DNA of 64,000 bases from an uncultured delta proteobacterium. GTDB lineage: Bacteria; Desulfobacterota; RBG-13-43-22. A program made the position numbers and the translations under genes. The stretch covers positions 192,622-256,621 of the forward strand of contig CAWJJC010000012.1 of the NCBI GenBank assembly GCA_963843145.1, given 5' to 3'. Under the pieces are notes generated by a model that worked only from the letters and a program-made list of their open reading frames with translations, had not been told where the DNA came from and made no database searches. Positions 49,210 to 57,924 of this stretch are shown piece by piece; position 1 is the first letter of the stretch; each line of letters opens with the position of its first letter.

Positions 49210-49343
49210 AATAAAAATGGCTATCTTCAAATATTTTTGTCTAGACTTATGGTTTATTATACTAGTTGAATTTCGGAGAGAAAAGTGGCATAAACGACAA
49301 TATAATAGGTGATATCGGCATTTTTCGCAAAAAGGGTGAATCA

Positions 49344-50342
49344 ATGAAAAAAGTAACCATCCTTGGATTGTATAACTCCATGGCCACCACTATTTTCGGT
49401 CCCATGGATATCTTCAACCAGGCGGGCAGGCTCTGGCCGCGGGTGAACAAATCCCCTCAAACGCCGTTTTTTGACGTCGCCATTGCCTCAGTGGACGGGA
49501 AACCCATTCAATGCCTGAACAAAGTCCAAATTCAGCCCCATGAGGGCATCGAGGTCATTGAACAGACGGATCTTCTGCTAATCGCCTCGGCCACGTATAT
49601 CGATGAGATCCTTCAGAGGAGCCCCGGGCTGGTTCCCTGGATCCGACGGCAATACGACCAGGGCGCCCAGGTGGCCAGCATCTGCACCGGAGTGTTTTTG
49701 TTGGCCGAAACCGGTTTGTTGGATGGAAAAGCGGCTACCCTGCACTGGGGGTTCACCGAGACGTTCCGCCGGAGATATCCCCGGGTCCCTTTGGAGACGG
49801 ACCGGATGTTCATCGACCACGGCCGCCTCTATTGTTCGGCGGGGGTGAATGCCGGGATGGACTTATCCCTTTACCTGGTGGAAAAGTTCTGCGGCCGGGA
49901 AACCGCCGTCCAGTCGGCCAAGACCATGATCCTGGATTTGGGGAGGGAAACGCAGGCCCCTTACCGCAGTCATCTTTTCCCCGCGGACCATGGCGATCCT
50001 CTGGTCAGCAAAGCCCAGAAGTGGATCGAAGCGCATTACCGGGAGTCCATCGATTACGACCGGCTGGCCGGGAAATTCCGGATGAGCCGCCGTTCATTGG
50101 AACGGCGGTTCAAACAGGCCACGGGGGTAACGCCGTTGGGTTATCTGCAGCAGTTACGGGTGGAAAACGCCAAACGCCTTTTGGAGGACGGCAGCAGGAG
50201 CTTTAATGAAATCACCTACCAGGTCGGGTATGAGGATATTCCTTTTTTCAGAAAGGTATTTATCAAGCTGACCGGCCTGCGGCCAAGAGAATACCAGCAG
50301 CGGTTTGCCGGGTACTCGGCCAAACCCGTTCTTCAGGCGTGA
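49344..50342 (+). CDS. GlxA-family regulator (DJ-1/PfpI plus AraC HTH)
   Basis: ASICTGVFLLAETGLLDGK.ATLHW; MSRRSLERRF and VGYED. Confidence 0.92.
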   Translation: MKKVTILGLYNSMATTIFGPMDIFNQAGRLWPRVNKSPQTPFFDVAIASVDGKPIQCLNKVQIQPHEGIEVIEQTDLLLIASATYIDEILQRSPGLVPWIRRQYDQGAQVASICTGVFLLAETGLLDGKAATLHWGFTETFRRRYPRVPLETDRMFIDHGRLYCSAGVNAGMDLSLYLVEKFCGRETAVQSAKTMILDLGRETQAPYRSHLFPADHGDPLVSKAQKWIEAHYRESIDYDRLAGKFRMSRRSLERRFKQATGVTPLGYLQQLRVENAKRLLEDGSRSFNEITYQVGYEDIPFFRKVFIKLTGLRPREYQQRFAGYSAKPVLQA

Positions 50343-50394
50343 GGGCGATATTCAAAGATACTCTAAGAAATAATTTCAGAGGAGGAAGGTTATC

Positions 50395-51195
50395 ATGGCT
50401 TACGAAACGGTTAAACTGATCTATTTTTCCCCCACCCAAACCACCAAAAAAGTTTTGGAGGGTATTGCCCAGGGACTGTCGGTCGATCGGATCGAGCATA
50501 TCGATCTGACCCCGCCCCGGGCGGAGACCCAGCTCTTCGCTGAGCTGGCCGATGAATTGACTATCCTCGGCGCACCGGTATATGCCGGCCGTTTGCCCAT
50601 TGAGGCGGTGCGGCGGTTACGGCGGTTGAAGGCCAGGGAAACGCCGGCGGTTCTGGTGGTCGTCTACGGAAATCGGGAGTTTGAAGACGCCCTGCTCGAA
50701 TTAAAAGATTTGGCCATTGAACAGGGATTCCGGCCCATTGCCGCCGGGGCCTTCATCGGGGAGCATTCCTACTCCACGAACGACAAGCCCATCGCCGTCG
50801 GTCGGCCTGATGAGGCCGATCTGAACCAGGCCAGGGAATTCGGTGAGCGGGTTCTCCGAAAAATTCAGAATAGTCGGGAAATGGACCGGATGCCCGCCTT
50901 GGAGGTGCCGGGAAATTTCCCCTATAAGGAAAGAATGGAACGGCCCCTGGAAGCGCCCACGACGCAGGAAGCCCTTTGTATTCTTTGTGGAACCTGTGCC
51001 TCGGTCTGCCCCACCGCAGCCGTTATCGTGGAGGAAGCGGTGATTACCGCCCCGGAACGATGCATCCTCTGCCATGCCTGTGTAAAAAATTGTCCGACCG
51101 GGGCCCGGGTGATGGAGGTCGAAAGGATCAAAAAGGTGGCCGATTGGTTAAGGACCAATTATCCCCAACGGAAAGAGCCCGAAATATTTTTGTAG
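50395..51195 (+). CDS. Flavodoxin-fold plus 2x[4Fe-4S] protein (EFR1-like)
   Basis: YFSPTQTT, PVYAGR, YGNR; two CxxCxxCxxxCP motifs. Confidence 0.88.
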   Translation: MAYETVKLIYFSPTQTTKKVLEGIAQGLSVDRIEHIDLTPPRAETQLFAELADELTILGAPVYAGRLPIEAVRRLRRLKARETPAVLVVVYGNREFEDALLELKDLAIEQGFRPIAAGAFIGEHSYSTNDKPIAVGRPDEADLNQAREFGERVLRKIQNSREMDRMPALEVPGNFPYKERMERPLEAPTTQEALCILCGTCASVCPTAAVIVEEAVITAPERCILCHACVKNCPTGARVMEVERIKKVADWLRTNYPQRKEPEIFL

Positions 51196-51389
51196 CCGGC
51201 TAGTTCAGAAATCACTTCGTCCGCTTCGGCCCCCATTCAAACCCTGCATTCAAAGCCGCGGAGGCAATCAGTAACAAGGCCCCGGCGACCAGGAGGGCCC
51301 ACCCCCAGCGGATTTGAATGGATTGCATAGCCTTATCCGCCAGACCGCGGAACGGATTGCCGGCCAGTCGCGTGGCCATCTTTTGCTTG

Positions 51390-51707
51390 AAGGGCGACCA
51401 AGTCTAAATTGAATGGTTAAAAAGGTGACGGCTACTACACCGAGACCTAAAAAGCCGGTGATCCAAAGCCGATTATACGTCCGGTCAAACTTAAAAACAA
51501 AGAGATGACGGCCAGTATGAGAATGAGGGGTCCCTCCCATCGGGTGTGTTGGAAGGTATTCAGGCTGCCGACCATCGGATAACTGATAATCGGAGTGAAG
51601 ACCCCTATGAATAGCAGGCTTGCCCCAATGAGTCCGAGGAGTTGCTTGGGGTCTTTGGAGAGTTTGATCGGGGGATTTGTTTGAAAGCTGTTATGGTTCT
51701 CCGGCAT
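51390..51707 (-). pseudogene. Frameshifted or truncated membrane protein
   Basis: Hydrophobic reading continues across a frame change near 51480 (SLTGR / YNRLWITGFLGLG). Confidence 0.5.
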
Positions 51708-51782
51708 TGATTTTTTCCGCTACTTATTATTCAATTCACTTGGAATTCATCAGATTCGGATGGTCCCCCCCCTTCGGCCTTC

Positions 51783-52085
51783 TTACTCTTCATCGTTTAG
51801 GCGGTTGATCCAGTACCCAGGACGGCGATGCGAGTGGGCCACTGCTATAATGCGGATGAGGTCTTCTTTCACTTGGTAGATTACGCTATACGGGAATCGC
51901 TTCGTGAAACAACGACGGGCCCTACCCGAAAATTGGCTCCATGCGTCGGGGTACCGGAGTATTCGGGCTATGGTGGAGTAGGTTTCCTCCAAGAACTCAT
52001 AACCCAAGCCAGGCTCGCACTCCTCGTAGAAGTCTACGGCCTGGTTCAATTCGGCGCTGGCGTCGGGATGGAAGGAGAAGGTCAT
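51783..52085 (-). CDS. RelE/ParE-family toxin
   Basis: FHPDA..EL..AVDFYE, RFPYSVIY, AVAHSHRRPGYW. Confidence 0.9.
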   Translation of the reverse strand: MTFSFHPDASAELNQAVDFYEECEPGLGYEFLEETYSTIARILRYPDAWSQFSGRARRCFTKRFPYSVIYQVKEDLIRIIAVAHSHRRPGYWINRLNDEE

Positions 52086-52315
52086 TTTCCGAGCCGTTGC
52101 CGGATTTCAGCAAATACCTGTTCACCTGGGATAGCCTGTACCTTGCCGGAGTCAAGGTCGTCAATCCTCCGTTCCACCTCCTTTGCCCATATTCGGTCAA
52201 TTTCCTCCCGACTTGGTGCATTCAAGCTCTCGAGCAATCTGTCCACCAAGTAGATCCGGTCTTCGCAAGGGAGAGACAGGATTTGATCCGCCAGTTTGGC
52301 TGTTGCTGTTGTCAT
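52082..52315 (-). CDS. Addiction-module antitoxin (TIGR02574-like)
   Basis: LLESL..IDRIWAKEVERR..SGK..IPGEQVF; overlaps the toxin start. Confidence 0.88.
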   Translation of the reverse strand: MTTATAKLADQILSLPCEDRIYLVDRLLESLNAPSREEIDRIWAKEVERRIDDLDSGKVQAIPGEQVFAEIRQRLGK

Positions 52316-52463
52316 GCGTGGGCACCCCCTTTCGATTCATACCAATGATACTCCGAGTAGGCTGTGACTGCAAGTGCATCCGTAACGGCGTTGGGTCGGA
52401 CCCCAAAACAAATACAGGTCGATGAAACCGTTCGCCGCGATTGGTGTTTCAATCGAGCGCAAA

Positions 52464-52610
52464 CTAGCCGGTCTTAAGACTCTCTCCAAGACGATAGACG
52501 CCGACAATTACGCCCTTGCTGATGATGGCGGAGCTCACGAGTGTGAGCATGGTAGGCACGGCGCCAACGCCGAAAAGCCACTTGCCGGTGCCCAGGATCA
52601 CCGGAGTGGC
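52464..52610 (-). pseudogene. C-terminal remnant of a RibD-C/dihydrofolate reductase-like protein
   Basis: PVILGTGKWLFG...GVIVGVYR with no N-terminal part. Confidence 0.55.
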
Positions 52611-52625
52611 TAGGCCCCATTTCGG

Positions 52626-52808
52626 TTGCGAGTGGAAACCGCCAAACACCTTTTGGAGGAGGGCAGCCGGATTTTCGATGAATTCACCTATGAGGTCGGC
52701 TACGAAAACCCCTCCCAGTTCAGCCGCGAGTACTGCCCTACGTTTGGCGCGCCGCCATTACGCGACGTCATGAATTTACGTCAAATGCCTGCTAATGAGA
52801 TGGCTTAA
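52626..52808 (+). pseudogene. AraC HTH remnant
   Basis: RVETAKHLL..VGYENPSQFSREY..FGAPP; only the second HTH is present. Confidence 0.7.
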
Positions 52809-52911
52809 CCGGTATTGTCAACGCTGATCAGGCTGCCTGTTCGCCGCTAAGGCATCGAGCCCGGTCGCCTCGATTTAAGTGTTAAACGTTCAATGCTTTT
52901 CTTTAATCAAT

Positions 52912-53235
52912 TTATTGCTGATCAAGTATTTTTTTCAAGTGAGCAAACCCGGAGGCTGCCGACGGCCACCCGGCGTAGAAAGCAATATGGGTAATTGCCG
53001 CCACCAGTTCTTCCTTGGTGAGGCCGTTTTCAAAAGCCTTTTTAAGGTGAAACTCAACCTGCTCGATACGATTTAGCGCAACCAAACAGGTGACGGTAAT
53101 TAAGCTTTTGTCGCGTTGCGAGAGTCCGGGACGTTTCCAAATATCACCGAAAAGCAAGTCTTGGGTAAGTTGCGCAAATTCCGGTGCTACCGCCTTTAAG
53201 TCATCAAGCCCTTTTTGTTCGTTACCGTTTGCCAT
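52912..53235 (-). CDS. Carboxymuconolactone decarboxylase family protein
   Basis: LFGDIWKRPGLSQRDKSLIT, HIAFYAGWP. Confidence 0.9.
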   Translation of the reverse strand: MANGNEQKGLDDLKAVAPEFAQLTQDLLFGDIWKRPGLSQRDKSLITVTCLVALNRIEQVEFHLKKAFENGLTKEELVAAITHIAFYAGWPSAASGFAHLKKILDQQ

Positions 53236-53315
53236 TGGTATCTCCTTATATTTGTCAACTACATTGATTTCTTGGGCGCGCTGTCTGGCGATCCGTCACC
53301 GGAGTGGATCGGGCG

Positions 53316-53762
53316 CTACGTTGGAATTTCGGCCTCAACAAGCTTCGCCAGGAGAATGAGTGATTCCTGCCAGCCAAGATAGCAAGCCTCGAGCGGAATG
53401 ACCTCGGGCAGCCCTTCTTGCACGATATTCAACTCAGTCCCGACGGATACCTTCTTCAAGGTTACCGTGACCTGCATTTCCCCCGGCAGGTTTGGGTCGT
53501 CGAACTGGTCCGTATAGCGAATTCGTTCGTACGGTATCAGTTCGAGATACTTTCCGCCGAAGGAGTGGCTCTGTCCGGTGGTGAAATTCGTGAAGGACAT
53601 CTTATGGGTGCCGCCGACCTGGGCATCCAAGTGGTGAACTTTGCCGGTGAAACCGTTTGGCGGAAGCCACTTGGCCATGGCGTCGGCGTCGAGAAACGCC
53701 CGATAAATTCTCTCAGGCGTTGCCCGGAGCACGCGGTGGAGCCGTACGGTATTTGTTGACAT
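53316..53762 (-). CDS. SRPBCC/AHSA1-family protein
   Basis: RLHRVLRATPERIYRAF, CYLGWQESL; ATG 53762. Confidence 0.88.
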   Translation of the reverse strand: MSTNTVRLHRVLRATPERIYRAFLDADAMAKWLPPNGFTGKVHHLDAQVGGTHKMSFTNFTTGQSHSFGGKYLELIPYERIRYTDQFDDPNLPGEMQVTVTLKKVSVGTELNIVQEGLPEVIPLEACYLGWQESLILLAKLVEAEIPT

Positions 53763-53984
53763 GATTTCTTCTCCTTTCGTCTTGGAGTAAATTCGCCCCA
53801 TTTCCCAAGTATTCCTTAAATTAGGTGGTTCGGGCGGCCCGACCCAGTCATCTCTATTAAGGATACCTAATCCGAAGCGGGACTTCCATAATCAAAAACT
53901 ACTATTTCAAGGGTAATAAAATAGTATTTTTAAAATTACACTTAGACTTTAGATGATATTACGGAGGGTATCCTTAGTCTGACC

Positions 53985-54083
53985 TGCGGTGAATGACGGT
54001 CATATTCAACGCAATAGATGCGGAGAATGTTCTTGTTTTTGCGGTGAATAATCGGCAAAATATCCGCAAGGAGTGCGAAGAAT
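53985..54083 (+). promoter_or_regulatory. Repeated operator array upstream of fic
   Basis: TGCG(G/A)(T/A)GAAT at 53985, 54019, 54040 and 54074; two of them pair with inverted half-sites across a 5-nt spacer. Confidence 0.65.
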
Positions 54084-54084
54084 T

Positions 54085-55197
54085 ATGGACTATATCCACG
54101 ATAAGAAGAATTGGCCAAAACTGACTTGGAGTCCGGAGCGGCTTGCAGGGCAGCTTGCCGGCGTACGTCATCGCCAGGGACGGCTAATCGGGCGCATGGA
54201 GGGGTTGGGTTTTTCGCTCCGCAACGAAGCCGTACTACAAATCTTGACTGAGGATGTTCTCAAATCCAGTGAAATCGAAGGTGAAAAGCTGGATAGGGAC
54301 CAGGTGCGATCTTCTATCGCCCGCCGGTTGGGTCTTGATTTCGGCGGACTTTCACCGGTTGATCGGCATGTCGAGGGCGTTGTTGAAATAATGCTCGACG
54401 CCACCGAGCATTATGCCGATCCGTTGACTGAAGAACGTCTATTTGCCTGGCACTCCGCTCTGTTCCCAACTGGGCGCAGTGGTATGAAGAAAATCGTTGT
54501 GGGCGGCTGGCGTGACGACAAATCCGATCCCATGCAAGTGGTTTCCGGCCCAATGGGCCGGGAGAAGATGCATTATCGAGCTCCCGAGGCTAAGCGGGTT
54601 CCCGAGGAAATGCGAGCTTTCCTGAAATGGTTTAACGGACCCGAATCTGCCGATCCGGTTCTAAAGGCAGGTCTGGCGCATCTTTGGTTTGTGACGATCC
54701 ATCCTTTTGAGGACGGTAACGGCCGGATGGCTCGGGCGATTGCCGATAGGACGCTCGCGCTTTCGGAAAAGAGCAGCCAGCGTTTTTATAGTATGTCGGC
54801 GCAAATTCGTCTGGAGCGAAAGGTCTACTATAACCTGCTGGAAAAAACCCAGAAAGGCGACCTGGATATAACCCCCTGGTTGGAATGGTTCTTGGGCTGC
54901 CTGGATCGCGCCATTGACGGCGCAGAACATATCCTGGCCGGCATCTTCCTCAAGGCCCATTTCTGGGAAGCTCATACCCACAAGCCGTTCAATGAACGCC
55001 AGCGAGCTATCATCAACCGGCTATTCGACGGTTTTGAAGGAAAGCTGACTTCTTCCAAATGGGCCAAGTTGGCCAAATGCTCGCAGGATACCGCCCTCAG
55101 GGATATCGGCGATCTGGTGAAGCGTGGCGTTCTTTTGAAAGAGTCCGGCGGCGGTCGCAGCACGAGTTATGCCTTGACAGACCGATGGGCAAGGTGA
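54085..55197 (+). CDS. Fic-domain protein (DUF4172-Fic-wHTH)
   Basis: SSEIEGE, HPFEDGNGRMAR, C-terminal SQDTALRDI..GGRSTSY. Confidence 0.93.
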   Translation: MDYIHDKKNWPKLTWSPERLAGQLAGVRHRQGRLIGRMEGLGFSLRNEAVLQILTEDVLKSSEIEGEKLDRDQVRSSIARRLGLDFGGLSPVDRHVEGVVEIMLDATEHYADPLTEERLFAWHSALFPTGRSGMKKIVVGGWRDDKSDPMQVVSGPMGREKMHYRAPEAKRVPEEMRAFLKWFNGPESADPVLKAGLAHLWFVTIHPFEDGNGRMARAIADRTLALSEKSSQRFYSMSAQIRLERKVYYNLLEKTQKGDLDITPWLEWFLGCLDRAIDGAEHILAGIFLKAHFWEAHTHKPFNERQRAIINRLFDGFEGKLTSSKWAKLAKCSQDTALRDIGDLVKRGVLLKESGGGRSTSYALTDRWAR

Positions 55198-55245
55198 GGT
55201 CTACGGAAATCAGGAATATGAGGATGCCCGGCTTGAATTTTTAAT

Positions 55246-55319
55246 TCCCTAAATTCGCTATTCTTCCTGGATGGCTAATTCTTCACTTGACTGGATGGAT
55301 GTAGGATATCCCGGATTAC
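55246..55319 (+). repeat. Diverged copy of the IS110 right end plus flank
   Basis: Aligns without gaps to 57189-57262, 60/74 identical by hand count. Confidence 0.8.
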
Positions 55320-55448
55320 CCTTTCCTCCAGACGGCACAGGAAGTCCTCCCGGTCTTTCTGCTTTCGAAAGATTTTGGTTCTCTCTATCCCGCGGGTCAT
55401 GACATGGTGCAGAACCCCCGGAGCGTCTAATCGTGCTTGTCTAGGCAT
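55320..55448 (-). pseudogene. N-terminal fragment of a RAYT/IS200-like HUH tyrosine transposase
   Basis: MPRQARLDAPGVLHHVMTRGIERTKIFRKQKDREDFLCRL, truncated before the HUH motif. Confidence 0.8.
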
Positions 55449-55642
55449 ATGCAAAATTTATTACATTTTCTCCGGGTCTGTCAACGCAATCTAGAACCAA
55501 CGTTATATATTCCCAGAATTTGGAATAGGCTCCCGAGCCTGCGCCAGAAAAAAAATTCATATAATCTTCCCAAATAAAAAACCTCCTGTTAAGAGAAAAA
55601 GTAAGCATCACCAAACTTCAACTCTTAAACAGGAGGTGTTCA

Positions 55643-56923
55643 ATGAACGAAGAAGAGGATACCAGGCTCAAGGAATTCCGTCAACTCAAGAAAGAGATCC
55701 GGGGATCGAAGGACCATTTGATCGTCGGGATCGACGTAGCCAAGGAAAAGCACCATGCCTTCTTGGGCACGGCTACCGGGAAGACGCTTTTCAGGCGATT
55801 GGTCTTTGACAATACCATCGAGGGATTTGAGAAGCTGCTGACTCAGGTCAGGGCCATCCAGGTGGCCCAGGGTCTGCCGAAGGCGGTCTTTGGTTTGGAA
55901 CCCACGGCCAACTACCACAAGCCGCTGGGAGAGCATTTGATTAAATGCGGCCGGATGGTGGTCTTGGTTTCCGGGGTAGCGGTCAAGCGCAACCGGGAGC
56001 TTTTGGACGGGCGCTGGGACAAACACGATAGCAAAGACGCGGCCAATATCGCCGACCTGATCTCCCAGGGAAAATGCCTGTACTACGAGTACCCGGAGAT
56101 AGGGCTCCGGGATCTGCGCACGCTGCTGTCGCTGAAGAAGAAGCTGAAGAAACAGGAGCACAGCTATCGGGTGCGTATTCGGAACCACCTCTTAGCGCAG
56201 TATTTCCCCGAATTGGATCGTTTTAGTGGGCGGCCAGAGGTGGAAGCGATTGTCCGCTGGTGCTTGGATACTTCCGAACTGGCCGGTTTGGAGTTCGCTC
56301 AATTCGTCCAACGGGTAGTGCCCGGGCGAAAGACCCTGGCCCAGCACCAGCGCTTAAAGACCATCCAGCAACTGGCCATCGACTCCATCGGTTGCGAGAT
56401 GGGGGAAGGGGCCCACTTCGAGGCCGAGGTGATGGTGGACGGGTTGCGGCAACTCCGGGAGACCATTAAGACGACCGACGAGCGGATCCGGGAGACGTGC
56501 CGCCAGTTTCCGGAATATGGGTATCTGCTGACCATCCCCGGCTTTGGCCCGGACGTTTCGGCCAAGGTGATCGGCGCCCTGGGTAATCCCTTCCGTTTTC
56601 AAAACCGGAAGCAGGTACTCAAGATGGCCGGCTTGGATCTGGGCGCCGAGCGGAGCGGGAAACCCTCGGATACGGTGATCCCGGTCATTTCCAAAAAAGG
56701 AAAAGCCGATCTGCGCTATGCCTTATACCAGGCAGCCTTCATCGCCTCCACCCGTTATCGGCCTTGGATCGAAAAATACACCGATCAATTGCAGGAGCGG
56801 GCCAAAGAACCCGGGATCAGAACCAAACGGTGGGTCAAGCTGTCGGCCAAGTTCTTGATCATCGCTTGGACGATCATGAAGAAAAAGGAGCCCTATAACC
56901 CGCGATATCTGAATCCGGAGTAA
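55643..56923 (+). CDS. IS110-family transposase/recombinase
   Basis: DEDD residues (GIDVAK, LEPT, KHDSKDA), TIPGFG, ERSG serine, LRYALYQAA. Confidence 0.96.
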   Translation: MNEEEDTRLKEFRQLKKEIRGSKDHLIVGIDVAKEKHHAFLGTATGKTLFRRLVFDNTIEGFEKLLTQVRAIQVAQGLPKAVFGLEPTANYHKPLGEHLIKCGRMVVLVSGVAVKRNRELLDGRWDKHDSKDAANIADLISQGKCLYYEYPEIGLRDLRTLLSLKKKLKKQEHSYRVRIRNHLLAQYFPELDRFSGRPEVEAIVRWCLDTSELAGLEFAQFVQRVVPGRKTLAQHQRLKTIQQLAIDSIGCEMGEGAHFEAEVMVDGLRQLRETIKTTDERIRETCRQFPEYGYLLTIPGFGPDVSAKVIGALGNPFRFQNRKQVLKMAGLDLGAERSGKPSDTVIPVISKKGKADLRYALYQAAFIASTRYRPWIEKYTDQLQERAKEPGIRTKRWVKLSAKFLIIAWTIMKKKEPYNPRYLNPE

Positions 56924-56944
56924 GCAGAAAACTCATAATTCCCT

Positions 56945-57100
56945 TTAGCGAGCCCGGGCACCAACGTGGAGGCCTTCTAAGGACCTCGGGAGGGACAATC
57001 AGGGCCGCTCACTAAACTTTAAAACCTGGATAAGGGATGATGGGTGCCTGTCTCAGACGGGATGCCGGATATTGATAACGCTGAGGTTTAGAGTTTGCGG
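56945..57100 (+). ncRNA. Putative bridge/seek RNA of the IS110 element
   Basis: Two stem-internal loop-hairpin modules. Loop 1 carries ACCAACGT and GGGAC matching the target; loop 2 carries GGATG and ATAAC matching the circle junction. Confidence 0.7.
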
Positions 57101-57305
57101 TTGGTGGGCACTGGGGAAGCTTTATGAATCACGTCTGTCCGTCAGGCGAACAGGGGAGATATGTCCAAAAAAGAGCCCAAATCCTATCTCCCTATATTCA
57201 CTATTTTTCTTGGATGGCTACTTTTTCTCTTGACCGGTTGGTTATAGGATGTCCCCTATTACGTCCTCTATTATCAAATTGGACAGGAAGGTTGAGAAGG
57301 TAAAA

Positions 57306-57924
57306 TTAGCAAAGCTTTCTAACTGTTGAAACCATTTCTGAAATCAGATTTTCATACCGCGTTTGAGATGGCGTTATTCGAAATATGCTCCTTAAAAATC
57401 CTGCTGGTTTCCTCTCTTGCTGAGTAAGTGGAATGGAGCCTATCACTTCTTTTTCGAATAAACCTAAAGAATAAGAACTCTTATGAGCAATAGCATTGCG
57501 AATTGTTGTATAAGATTTCTAGTTGTTTTATGTCCCTCTTGTCCAAATTTGTAAAAGGCAAACCATTACGAAAAAATGCCTTGGCTCTTTTAACTGTAAA
57601 TTTTTGATATGGTAGCCAGTCAAGATATCTCCTTCCCCCGAACGTTATTTCTCCAGCTATGCGGTCTGAATTGAAAGAAACGCGAGGAACAACTGAAGAT
57701 GAATGATGCTTTATTTTGCCTACCAGTAAACCTATAAATAAGTTTTCAATCCAATTCTCTAGATATGTCATTGAACTCATAAATAATCCTTCATAAAATT
57801 GTTCGAGATCCCGGCGAACTATAACGCGCCCTTTTAAGAGCATCTCCATTTTTTTACGTGTTTTATCCAAGCTATTGAGATGGCTTATAAGCTTGTTTAA
57901 ATGAATGGATGTATCGCTAGCCAA
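57306..57924 (-). pseudogene. HEPN-domain protein, one frameshift near 57505
   Basis: After the frame change it reads TIRNAIAHKSSYSLGLFEKEVIG...RKLC* (RxxxxH motif). The start overlaps the DUF262 stop. Confidence 0.7.

Larger units (their letters stand above)
55502..57252 (+). mobile_element. IS110-family insertion sequence, bounded by GT core dinucleotides
   Basis: Left flank ccaacGT|tatata, right end ataggat|GTcccc; intact transposase; about 330-nt 3' non-coding end; no terminal IRs seen. Boundaries are inferred. Confidence 0.8.
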
